A stretch of DNA of 64,000 nt from Candidatus Woesearchaeota archaeon (lineage in GTDB: Archaea > Nanobdellota > Nanobdellia > Pacearchaeales > GW2011-AR1). Both the position numbers and the translations under genes were made by a program. Positions 9,151-17,788 of the stretch are shown here, one piece after another. Below the pieces are notes generated by a model, which did no database searches, was not told where the DNA came from, and saw only the letters and a list, made by a program, of their open reading frames with translations. The DNA is taken from contig CAYLOQ010000001.1 of assembly GCA_964385425.1 (NCBI GenBank), positions 1,411 to 65,410 on the forward strand. The letters run 5' to 3'. Every line of letters begins with the position of its first letter. The stretch's first letter is position 1.

Positions 9151-9459
9151 TTATTTCTGAACCGATAATAAATTCTTAACTGCTCCAACTAAAGAACCCT
9201 GTTGAAAATTTTTTGCTAAACTATCTATAACCGCAAGTAATCCAGGAGTATAAATCGCAATTTGTGCAACATTTGATAATTCAATTTCTTGACCTCTTAA
9301 TACCCCTGGTGCTAAAAAGCTACCTAAACAAATTGCTCCCTGAACAGCATAATTTCGGATTATTTCTCCATTACTTCTATTTTGAGAATCGTATAGCTCG
9401 TCATTGCTTCTAGCACTATACCATTCTTTTTGATCATGCAAAAAATTTTCTAATGCCAT
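9151..9459 (-). CDS. Hypothetical protein
   Basis: 102-aa ORF with a TATA-like box upstream. I recognise no motif. Confidence 0.4.
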   Translation of the reverse strand: MALENFLHDQKEWYSARSNDELYDSQNRSNGEIIRNYAVQGAICLGSFLAPGVLRGQEIELSNVAQIAIYTPGLLAVIDSLAKNFQQGSLVGAVKNLLSVQK

Positions 9460-9523
9460 GGAAATAAATGATAATAAGTGATTTATAAACTTTTCTATTT
9501 TGTCTTAATTCTTGAGTAACAAA

Positions 9524-9537
9524 GCGCCCACGCCGGG
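9524..9537. repeat. Copy 7 of the motif (GCGCCCACGCCGGG, the variant matching the tRNA in 13 of 13 core nt)
   Basis: Lies between two minus-strand genes, about 45 nt upstream of a TATA-like box for the ORF at 9151-9459. Confidence 0.6.
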
Positions 9538-9576
9538 GATAGAACTTTTTGTTAGATTTGGTGGGAGTTAAATTGT

Positions 9577-9996
9577 TTATTTACTTCTTTCAGAAACATT
9601 ACAATCAACATCAACATATCTTACTTCTACTTTAAATCCCAATTCTCTCAATTTATGTATTGTATTCTTTTGTTGATTATCCAGATGGGAAGAATTTGAT
9701 TTTACTTCCACAAAAGAAATTTCCTTTGTGTCTTGATCGATACAAACTAAATCAGGAAAACCAAGAATATTATCCTTTATTATTTTGATAACTTCTTTAA
9801 TTCTCTTTGTATCAATTTCCTCCCAAATCATCATATTTTGGATTCTTCCAATCATGGTTGTATTTATTGGGCTTATAACTTTATCATTAGTAAAATCAAC
9901 CCTCACAACATTTTGATTTTCTTCTTTCTTAAGTTTTGAAACAATATAATCTTCTGCAATTCTTCCTAAACTTGTTGTTGATATATCTTCATTCAT
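9577..9996 (-). CDS. Hjc-like PD-(D/E)xK nuclease (Holliday-junction-resolvase / restriction-endonuclease fold)
   Basis: N-terminal G..AE..V motif, then PDLVCIDQD...VEVKS, which matches the PD-x(n)-(D/E)xK catalytic core of the Hjc family. It has a longer insert than canonical Hjc. Confidence 0.5.
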   Translation of the reverse strand: MNEDISTTSLGRIAEDYIVSKLKKEENQNVVRVDFTNDKVISPINTTMIGRIQNMMIWEEIDTKRIKEVIKIIKDNILGFPDLVCIDQDTKEISFVEVKSNSSHLDNQQKNTIHKLRELGFKVEVRYVDVDCNVSERSK

Positions 9997-10044
9997 AGAA
10001 TATGGTGTTGAATTTGCCTATTTATACCTTGCTAAATGTTATGT

Positions 10045-10575
10045 TCAAGAAATAAATCTAAAACACTCATTTAAGCATTCTTTTTGAAAGCTATAGATTT
10101 TATTGTAATGTTTGATTAGAAAATAATCATTGGTGTATCTATTAAGAGGACTGTATTCTCCTTTTGGATATCTTGAAGAATTTACATGAGATGATAAAAT
10201 TTGTTGTAAGAGAAAATTTGGAGTAGTAATTTTCCCAACCCTTAAATTAGATTTACCAGAATCTATTTCAGATAATAGTGATTTGATTACTTCTATGATA
10301 GCTAAAAATATTTTTTCATTATCTATAGGAGTATTCTCTAAAATTTTAGTTTCTTCTTTCAAATCGTCATTCACCATATTTTTGTAAATATCTAGAGTTT
10401 TATGGCCATGCTTGAAGATTCCAGTAATACCTTTAGTTGTCTTTTCCACACTTTGTTGTAATAAGAAAATAGATTGAGGATATTTTCCATTTTCATAAAG
10501 TATCTTGGAAGACTCCAAATCTTCTAAGGCCATTTTTATAAAATTTTCATTTTCTTCTTTCATTTTTAACCACAT
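10045..10575 (-). CDS. HEPN domain protein
   Basis: The N-terminal helix pair ALEDLESSKILYENGKYPQSIFLLQQSVEKTTKGI matches the HEPN N-terminal pattern. It overlaps the start of the upstream secreted-nuclease gene by 10 nt. Confidence 0.55.
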   Translation of the reverse strand: MWLKMKEENENFIKMALEDLESSKILYENGKYPQSIFLLQQSVEKTTKGITGIFKHGHKTLDIYKNMVNDDLKEETKILENTPIDNEKIFLAIIEVIKSLLSEIDSGKSNLRVGKITTPNFLLQQILSSHVNSSRYPKGEYSPLNRYTNDYFLIKHYNKIYSFQKECLNECFRFIS

Positions 10576-11552
10576 AAACTCTCACAGGGAACTCCATCAT
10601 CATCACCATCTAATTCATTAACATCATAACTACAAGCATCAAATACATCCATTACTTCTGAACAAGAATTGAAATCTCCACAATTGTAAACATTTCCTCC
10701 ACAGCCAACCGTATTTACTATAACATCATCAGTCTTTGCAGATGAAGTATCCCATATCCCTATTTCTTTACCTTTTGCAATACTCTCTGCATCTTCTATT
10801 ATTGAACACTTAGAAGTATCTGGAGAATAAGGATAAGCTCTCCCATAACCTTGTAGAACAATTCTTAGATTAATAAAACAATTAGCTAAATCTGTGCAAT
10901 CTTTTTTAGTATAGATATATCTTAATAATCTTCCATACCTGTCTGTTTCTGAAATATCTTTTTCAAGATAAACTTCTTTATTAAAAATAAGATTTGTAAG
11001 ATAATCTTTTGCTTCTTGATAACCATCTTCATAAGTCTCGGGGGTATCAATGCAAATTAATCTTACTCTTTCACCTGAACTTAATTCTATAGTATCCCCA
11101 TCAATAACTCTTGTTACTTTATACCAATTTTTAGTTTCTTCAAACGTTGGAGTTTCAATAATTTCATCAGAAACAATTTCTTCTTCTGGCTCTTGGATAC
11201 ATTCTCCATTTTCACAGCCATAAAGACAATGATAATTATTAAACCACGAAGTGCCGCAATCTGAATATTGATATTTTTTTTGGATATAATTCCCATTACA
11301 TCCATATTTATCTAAATATTCTGCTTTACAATTTTCCTCTCCAATGTTAGAAATAATTTTCCCAGTTGGTATCGGGTTTTCTCTCTCTTCTTCAGTTTTC
11401 TCAGGTATAGTTTCTTCTTGAATATCCTCTTCAGACGCTTCTTCTTTAATAACATTAGAAGTGATTGTAGGTTCTTCATCTGGAAGAAAAATTCCTGCAA
11501 ATGCGAAAACAAGAACAATTCCAATAACCCATAATGCTGTTTTTGTTTTCAT
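10566..11552 (-). CDS. Secreted staphylococcal-nuclease-like (SNase/thermonuclease) protein with a C-terminal Excalibur Ca-binding domain
   Basis: Signal peptide and Cys-rich N-region. The SNase core is VIDGDTIEL...VRLICIDTPE..., and the Excalibur motif is CGDFNSCSEV...DGDDDGVPCESLC. Confidence 0.75.
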   Translation of the reverse strand: MKTKTALWVIGIVLVFAFAGIFLPDEEPTITSNVIKEEASEEDIQEETIPEKTEEERENPIPTGKIISNIGEENCKAEYLDKYGCNGNYIQKKYQYSDCGTSWFNNYHCLYGCENGECIQEPEEEIVSDEIIETPTFEETKNWYKVTRVIDGDTIELSSGERVRLICIDTPETYEDGYQEAKDYLTNLIFNKEVYLEKDISETDRYGRLLRYIYTKKDCTDLANCFINLRIVLQGYGRAYPYSPDTSKCSIIEDAESIAKGKEIGIWDTSSAKTDDVIVNTVGCGGNVYNCGDFNSCSEVMDVFDACSYDVNELDGDDDGVPCESLCG

Positions 11553-11556
11553 TTAA

Positions 11557-12312
11557 TCAGAGTCCACTACTACCTCTTATATCACATTTAGTTATATTTT
11601 TTTCAATTTTACAATAAATGTTTGGTTCGTAGTCAATTGGTTCTGGGAGGATTGTATCACAACCACCACTACAATAAACTAAAATCTGTAGATTATATTC
11701 TGTATTAAATCCAAGTCCAGAAATGATATAATCTTTTGATTCCCCAATTCCCACAGAATTATTTTCTTTGTAATATAAAAGAAACCATGCTTCAGCTTCC
11801 CTTATAATAATGGAATTGGTGCTGGATAAATCTAAAGTTAGCTGTTTGGTTTCCTTAAACAAAGAAGGAATCTCTCCTATCCATATTCCACCCCTCTCTA
11901 AACCAAGAATACGATAGTAAACTAATACATTATAGGCGAGGTTATCTCTCGAATTACTAACAGATATATTTAATGTTTTTTTAATGGGATCAGAGACTGG
12001 TTCAGATACAACAATCAAAGGATTCTCTTCATTGGTTAATTTAAAAACAACCCAACCACTTAAAAGCCCAGAAACTAGCATTCCAATTATTGTTAATACT
12101 GTCAACCTTAATTGAAATTTATGAGTTTTAAAATTAAGATATTGTCGCTGGAGTCTATCATCATAATTGGGAGCTAGACCATTAGGATAATTTCTCTCAT
12201 CTTTCCTTGCTCTTCTATGTCTCCACCTTTCCGCTTCATCAAGATATTTGTCAAAAGCTTTGTAATCTCTTTTTTCAAACCAGTTTTTTATTCTATTCCA
12301 TTCTTTTCCCAT
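11557..12312 (-). CDS. Membrane protein with a single TM and an extracytoplasmic domain
   Basis: Basic N-terminus, then the TM segment LTVLTIIGMLVSGLLSGWVVF. No recognisable motif. Confidence 0.45.
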   Translation of the reverse strand: MGKEWNRIKNWFEKRDYKAFDKYLDEAERWRHRRARKDERNYPNGLAPNYDDRLQRQYLNFKTHKFQLRLTVLTIIGMLVSGLLSGWVVFKLTNEENPLIVVSEPVSDPIKKTLNISVSNSRDNLAYNVLVYYRILGLERGGIWIGEIPSLFKETKQLTLDLSSTNSIIIREAEAWFLLYYKENNSVGIGESKDYIISGLGFNTEYNLQILVYCSGGCDTILPEPIDYEPNIYCKIEKNITKCDIRGSSGL

Positions 12313-12424
12313 AAACTTAACACAAATTGTGTAATTTTATATCTTTGCTTTGCTTTGAAATCTCCTTCAGAATTGCATAAAATACTTATAATATGCAATA
12401 TTTAAAAGAGACAATATCTTAAAT

Positions 12425-13276
12425 TTGTATATGATTGTCAAAGCAAATTATTCTAATAAAGATAGTCTCTATACACAATTTAAAGAGAGTATGAAAATAA
12501 CCTCTAAACTGGATTCTGCAGAGAAAGGTTCTGAAATAAGACTTGATTTATCTGGAATTGGAAAACTTTTACCTTGTTCAATTGTTCTTTTATCAAATAA
12601 AATAATTGAATGTAGAAAAAAAGGAAAAAAAGTTAGCATAATCTATCCTAAAAATCTTTTAATTTCAAGGTACCTTGTTGATTTGGGCTTTGGATCTGAG
12701 TGGAATGGAAAGCTAAGAAAAAATTGTTATCCTATTGCTTCTTTTACAAACAAAGAAGACTTATCTAAAATAACAAATGATATGATTAATGCTATGAATA
12801 GGGTTATACCGAAAGCTTTTGGGGGAGGGGTGATGTATTTATTATCAGAGGTAATTGATAATGTTGAAGAACATTCCAGATTTGAATACGCTTCCGTAAT
12901 GGCTCAATATTATAGAAAAGATCACATTCTTGACATATGTATTTTAGATGATGGGATTACAATTCCAACTCTTTTTAGAGAAAACAAGATTAATTTTATT
13001 AGTGATAGAGATGCTATCCATAAAGCACTTGGTGGAACTTCAACAAAAAAAGAAGGTGGAAGAGGATTTGGATTGAGAACCTCTAAAAAATTAATTCTAA
13101 GGGGTTTGAGAGGTGAATTACATATAATATCAAGAAATGGTTTTGTATCTCTTAATGCCAGGAGAATAGAAGGAGAGAGAACACCTCTGATAAAAAAATC
13201 CTTCAAAGGAACAATGTTATATTTTAGATTTAGGGTTCCTAAGAAAACTTTAAATATCCATGAATATACAGAGTAA
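12425..13276 (+). CDS. GHKL-superfamily (histidine-kinase-like) ATPase
   Basis: N-box EVIDNVEEHS, G1 DDGITIP and G2 GGRGFGL. No His-phosphotransfer domain is evident. Confidence 0.6.
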   Translation: MYMIVKANYSNKDSLYTQFKESMKITSKLDSAEKGSEIRLDLSGIGKLLPCSIVLLSNKIIECRKKGKKVSIIYPKNLLISRYLVDLGFGSEWNGKLRKNCYPIASFTNKEDLSKITNDMINAMNRVIPKAFGGGVMYLLSEVIDNVEEHSRFEYASVMAQYYRKDHILDICILDDGITIPTLFRENKINFISDRDAIHKALGGTSTKKEGGRGFGLRTSKKLILRGLRGELHIISRNGFVSLNARRIEGERTPLIKKSFKGTMLYFRFRVPKKTLNIHEYTE

Positions 13277-13592
13277 TATGAAAAAAAAAACATTTCTTTT
13301 ATTTGATTATTTCCAAAATAATGTGGTGATTCGTAATCGAATGAGAGAATTTTTTAAGAAAGTAGAAAAGGAAAAAGCAGAGGATATAGTAATAGATTTT
13401 AAAAATATAGACTTTATTTCTCGTTCTTGTAGCGATGAGTATTTAAAACTTAAAGCAAAATCCAAAAAATTCTTTAAAGAGACGAATGTCAAAGACAATG
13501 TAAGAAAGATGTTGGAACAAGTATACAAAAGTCTAATTCATGTTGTTTATGAATCTAATTCAAATAAGAAATTCATTCCCATAAAGCATTAA
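13260..13592 (+). CDS. Small STAS-like (DUF4325-like) partner protein
   Basis: 110 aa. IDFKNIDFISRSCSDEYL resembles a STAS/anti-sigma-antagonist core. It overlaps the 3' end of the GHKL ATPase gene. Confidence 0.4.
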   Translation: MNIQSNMKKKTFLLFDYFQNNVVIRNRMREFFKKVEKEKAEDIVIDFKNIDFISRSCSDEYLKLKAKSKKFFKETNVKDNVRKMLEQVYKSLIHVVYESNSNKKFIPIKH

Positions 13593-13704
13593 ACTTATTC
13601 TGTAAATCGGAAGGGCTTATATGAGTATAAATTGTTGTGTATCTATCCTTGAATGTCCCAAGAGCTGTTGAACTTCTCTAAGGAATTGTAACACAAAGTA
13701 TATA

Positions 13705-13776
13705 CGCCCACGCCGGGAGTCGAACCCGGGTTACATCCGCGACAGGGATGAGTCATAGCCGTTAGACCACGTAGGC
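13705..13776 (-). tRNA. tRNA-Asp (anticodon GUC)
   Basis: The reverse complement folds as GCCUACG / D-arm / CAUCC-CUGUCGC-GGAUG (anticodon GUC) / CCGGG-UUCGACU-CCCGG / CGUGGGC + discriminator G. CCA is not encoded. Confidence 0.85.
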
Positions 13777-14127
13777 ACAATCATCAATGTTAGAATTTGT
13801 TTTTAAAGTTTTTGTTAAGGTTATTGGTTATGGTTCAATGGTTGAAACAATATTTGCTATAATAGAAGAGAATAACCCAAAAGCAGCAATTAATAATCCA
13901 ACATTGTCTAAAGCATTTAATTGTAGTAAAAGAATTATGAAGTAGATGAATATAATAAAATTGATTATTTGTGAAAAGATAGATAACGCATCCCCAACCT
14001 TCATTTTATATTATCGCTCTTATTATCCCATAAACTAATAAACCCAAGGCGATAATTCCCAAAATCCATGCGATGATTTGAAATATTTCTAAAGTCCTCT
14101 TTTTCATATTAGATTGAATTTCTATTT

Positions 14128-15423
14128 TTATTTAAACTTTTTCCTTTCGATCTTCTTCTTGCCATTCATATATTTCTGCAAAACTTTAGGGATTTTTATG
14201 CTACCGTCTTTTTCCTGGTTGTTCTCTATTATGGCTACCATCGCTCTTGATGTAGCAATCATTGTATTATTTAAAACATGAATATACTTCTTCTCCCCTT
14301 TTTCATTATATTTGATGTTTAAAGCTCTTGCTTGGAAGTCTGTACAATTACCTGCAGACGTTATTTCTTTGTATGCTTTCTGTCTTGGGAACCACGCCTC
14401 AATGTCGTATTGTCTCGTAAATTTATCTCCTAAATCTCCAGAACAAAGTTCAACAACCCGATAATGAATTTTTAGGGTTTTAAAAAATTCTTCTGTTATT
14501 TTCTGTATTTCTTCTAACATCTTTGGGGAATTTTTAGGAGTTGTGAACACGACTTGCTCCACCTTATTGAATTGGTGCATCCTGAATAATCCTTTCGTAT
14601 CAACACCATGACTTCCTATCTCTTTCCTAAAACAAGGTGTTAAAGCACAAAATTTTATTGGAAGATTTTTTTTATTTATTGCCTTGTTTTTTAACATAGA
14701 AACCAGAGAATGCTCTGAGGTCCCTATCAAGTATAAATCTTTTTTATCTACCTTATAAACAACATCTTCAAAATCCTGTAATCCGTTAAGTGCCCCTAAA
14801 AGAGTTTCAAACTTTAAGAGCATTGGTGGAACAACAGGAACAAATCCTTTTTTTATAATAAAATCCATTCCATATCTCTGAAGAGCATGGTCTAACTGGG
14901 CAATATCTCCTAAAAGATAATTGAAACCCTGTCCAGAATTACTTCTTCCAGCATCAAAATCAGCATAACCCATGGCTTCTATAAGCTCTGCGTGATTCTT
15001 GGGCTCAAAACCAAGTTTTGTGGGTTTCCCCCATTTTCTAATCTCAACATTATCCTTGTCTGTCTTACCAATAGGGACTTTTGGATGCATTATGTTTGGA
15101 ATCTTTAGCATTATTTCCCTTATTTCTCCCCGAAGTTTCTTGGTTTTTTCTTCTATCTTCTCAATTTTTCCAGGAATTTCTTTTGCTTTTTTTATCAGCT
15201 CTTTAGCTTTCTTTTCGTTTTTTTGTTTTTTTGCTCTGTTAATATCCATAGAAATTTTGTTCCTCTGACTTCTCAGGCCATCTGCCTTATATTTCAATTT
15301 CCTCCATTCTCCATCCAATTCCCTGACTTTATCAACAAGAAATAGTTTTTCTTTCTGGAATTTCTTCTTTATATTGTCTTTTACTAACTTAGGATTTTCC
15401 CTAATTAGATTTATATCAATCAT
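14128..15423 (-). CDS. serS: Seryl-tRNA synthetase
   Basis: N-terminal coiled-coil tRNA-binding arm, class II core, GTSEHSL and other SerRS-typical blocks. Length is 431 aa. Confidence 0.9.
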   Translation of the reverse strand: MIDINLIRENPKLVKDNIKKKFQKEKLFLVDKVRELDGEWRKLKYKADGLRSQRNKISMDINRAKKQKNEKKAKELIKKAKEIPGKIEKIEEKTKKLRGEIREIMLKIPNIMHPKVPIGKTDKDNVEIRKWGKPTKLGFEPKNHAELIEAMGYADFDAGRSNSGQGFNYLLGDIAQLDHALQRYGMDFIIKKGFVPVVPPMLLKFETLLGALNGLQDFEDVVYKVDKKDLYLIGTSEHSLVSMLKNKAINKKNLPIKFCALTPCFRKEIGSHGVDTKGLFRMHQFNKVEQVVFTTPKNSPKMLEEIQKITEEFFKTLKIHYRVVELCSGDLGDKFTRQYDIEAWFPRQKAYKEITSAGNCTDFQARALNIKYNEKGEKKYIHVLNNTMIATSRAMVAIIENNQEKDGSIKIPKVLQKYMNGKKKIERKKFK

Positions 15424-15494
15424 AAAACAGAGAGAGAAATATTCTATTTAAATTTATTGAATAGATTTTTATAATCCGGATTTTTTCTTGTGTT

Positions 15495-15820
15495 ATGAAG
15501 AGATATAAATTGTATCATTCTCAAAGATTTGATAAAGATTTAGAAAAATTTAATAACAATTTTGGGATATAATAGATAGAATTGAGGATCAGCTCATTGA
15601 AAACCCTTATTCTGGTAAACCTCTTGGCACGAAATGGTTCAGAGAAAAAAGACACGAAAAATATAGAATATATTATTTAATTTACGAAGACCTTAAATCT
15701 ATTTTTATGGTTGCTTTAAGTGAAAAGAAAAATCAGCAAAGAGTAATAAATACCATTAAACTTTTATTTGATTTATTCAAAGAAGAAATAGAAAGTTTAA
15801 TCAATAAAAATTCTATTTGA
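15495..15820 (+). pseudogene. RelE/ParE-family toxin gene disrupted by a frameshift
   Basis: N-terminal 24 codons (MKRYKLYHSQRFDKDLEKFNNNFGI*) are in one frame. The remainder (...IEDQLIENPYSGKPLGTKWFREKRHEKYRIYYLIYEDLKSIFMVALSEKKNQQ...), including the RelE hallmark YRIxY...GHRK-like core, is in the +1 frame. The shift point is around 15555-15575. No antitoxin gene is upstream. Confidence 0.5.
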
Positions 15821-16042
15821 CTCTTCTCACTCTACCCTCTTTTATATCTTTAAAACCATCTATTAATTGTATTAAGAGTTCTGAATCTACATTTGCTAAC
15901 TTCGCTTCCATTTTTAATCTTTCATATTCTTTCCTTGGGACTTTTATCATTTCCATATATGATAATGTTAATGAAAGTTTATATAATTTACGATTAGTAA
16001 TTTATTGAATAGATTTAAAAATAACATTGTCTAAATTAATTA

Positions 16043-16720
16043 ATGGCAGGTGATCTTGGTTCTCAATTCTTAGAAGCATATAATTCATTTACTTCTACAT
16101 TGCCAATCGCGTTCCAAAGTTTTATCAATTTATTCTTGTTGGTCTTAGTCATATTCGTCTACTCCCTTTTTATCTGGAAATTCTACAAATTCATTGCTGA
16201 GAAAAACATCTTTGGCCTGGATTTGAACAAATATAACAAAGCAGAACATCCATTTCTTACAAAACTAACCGCGGGGGGACTTTATCTCGTTGAATACATA
16301 ATTATCTTGCCTTTCTTAATATTTTTCTGGTTTGCAATCTTTAATTTTTTCTTAATACTCTTAACTGACGAAGCCATAGGAGTAAGTACGATATTAGTCA
16401 TATCTGCTGTTGTAATAGCTGCAATAAGAATGGCCTCTTACTATCAAAAAGGCCTGGCAGAAGAAATTGCAAAGATACTCCCCTTCACCTTACTAGCAAT
16501 CTCCGTGCTTAATCCCAGCTTTTTTTCAAAAGAATTTATTATCAGGATTACCTCGCGCCTAGGGGAAATCTCTTCTTTCTTCCAAGAGATACTGATTTAC
16601 CTAGCGTTTATCATAATTCTAGAAATTATCTTAAGAGTATTTGAATTTCTTTTCTCTCTATTTGGAATAGAAGAAATAAAAGAAGAAGAAATTAAGGAAG
16701 AGACGGAAAGTGCAGGATAA
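16043..16720 (+). CDS. Polytopic membrane protein, unknown function
   Basis: Multiple hydrophobic helices and an acidic C-terminal tail (EEIKEEEIKEETE). Confidence 0.4.
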   Translation: MAGDLGSQFLEAYNSFTSTLPIAFQSFINLFLLVLVIFVYSLFIWKFYKFIAEKNIFGLDLNKYNKAEHPFLTKLTAGGLYLVEYIIILPFLIFFWFAIFNFFLILLTDEAIGVSTILVISAVVIAAIRMASYYQKGLAEEIAKILPFTLLAISVLNPSFFSKEFIIRITSRLGEISSFFQEILIYLAFIIILEIILRVFEFLFSLFGIEEIKEEEIKEETESAG

Positions 16721-16789
16721 AAAATAAATAAACAGCGACGCAATTAACAAAAACATAATTTTAAAAAGAATATAGTATTTAATTTTAAA

Positions 16790-17398
16790 ATGGGATTGGT
16801 AGAAACACTCATACTTTTAACAATTGGATTTGTGGCCTTCTTTGCGACAGGCATAGACGATACGGTGGCGTATGCTGGTTCGTATCTGAAGAGCGGGCGA
16901 AAAGACCACAAGAAATCAATATCTTTTGGTGTGATACTCGGAACTCTTATTGCACTCGGCATAGCTATTTTTGCAGGTTCTTTAATGGATGCCTTACCCT
17001 CCAAACATTTGATAGGTGGTACAGTATTGATCTCGCTTGGAATACTCATGTTCGCTCGTGGGAAGTGGTCGAGGCATCAGAAGAAAGCCCACCTCTCAAA
17101 AATAGAGAGACACTTAAAGCACCCGCGACCAGCAGACCAGAGCAATCTAAAATTCGTTGGATTAGGTATGGTACTCTTTTTTGCCACAGGAATTGACGAC
17201 ATAATTACATATTCAAATCTAATAATGGCTAAAGGAGCATGGTTAGCAATCTCCATAGGGGTGTTAATCGCTACATTTGTATCCTTAACAATAGCATACT
17301 TCCTGGCCGACAAACTAAAAAAGTTTCCACACCCGGAAAGAATCGGTGGATTAGTAATAATCCTCATCGGTATTCTCCTGGCACTAAGAATCTTATAG
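16790..17398 (+). CDS. Small membrane transporter-like protein with an internal duplication (CadD/UPF0016-like)
   Basis: Two homologous halves each carry the FATGIDD motif, separated by a basic loop. About 6 TM helices. Confidence 0.45.
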   Translation: MGLVETLILLTIGFVAFFATGIDDTVAYAGSYLKSGRKDHKKSISFGVILGTLIALGIAIFAGSLMDALPSKHLIGGTVLISLGILMFARGKWSRHQKKAHLSKIERHLKHPRPADQSNLKFVGLGMVLFFATGIDDIITYSNLIMAKGAWLAISIGVLIATFVSLTIAYFLADKLKKFPHPERIGGLVIILIGILLALRIL

Positions 17399-17458
17399 AA
17401 AAACAATTTTCCTTCTATAAAAAGTATTTTTAGTTGTATATCCGGAAAGATTTATAAA

Positions 17459-17788
17459 TTGATTCTTTATATGAATTACATGCCAAAGGTAAGAATAAAA
17501 CTAAACAGTACAGACATAGAAATGATCAATAATATCTGTGATTCTATCAGAGATGTGGCTAAAAGAGCAGGAATCGCTATAAGCGGCCCTGTTCCCCTCC
17601 CGACTAAAAGGCTAAAGGTAACAACAAGAAAGTCTCCTTGTGGAGATGGGACAGCTACGTTTGATAATTATGAGATGAGAATCCACAAAAGACTTATTGA
17701 CCTGCCTGCAAACGAAAAAGTCCTTCACCACATAATGAGGATGCAGATCCCCAAGAATGTTAATATTAAGATTGAGATGAAAGATTAA
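17459..17788 (+). CDS. rps10: Ribosomal protein S10 (uS10)
   Basis: KVRIKL...GPVPLPTKRLKVTTRKSP.GDG...FDNYEMRIHKRLIDL matches the uS10 core. The true start is probably the internal Met (MPKVRIKL) near 17480. Confidence 0.85.
   Translation: MILYMNYMPKVRIKLNSTDIEMINNICDSIRDVAKRAGIAISGPVPLPTKRLKVTTRKSPCGDGTATFDNYEMRIHKRLIDLPANEKVLHHIMRMQIPKNVNIKIEMKD

Noticed and set aside
12922-13293. 123-aa minus-strand ORF
   Set aside because: It lies entirely antisense to the GHKL ATPase gene (12425-13276), which has clear motifs. It has low-complexity composition and is most likely a shadow ORF.
418-13718. Intact integrated mobile element or prophage next to tRNA-Asp
   Set aside because: No integrase, transposase, capsid or replication initiator gene is recognisable in the interval. 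Only decayed, serially accreted remnants (or a promoter motif) can be proposed, not an intact element.
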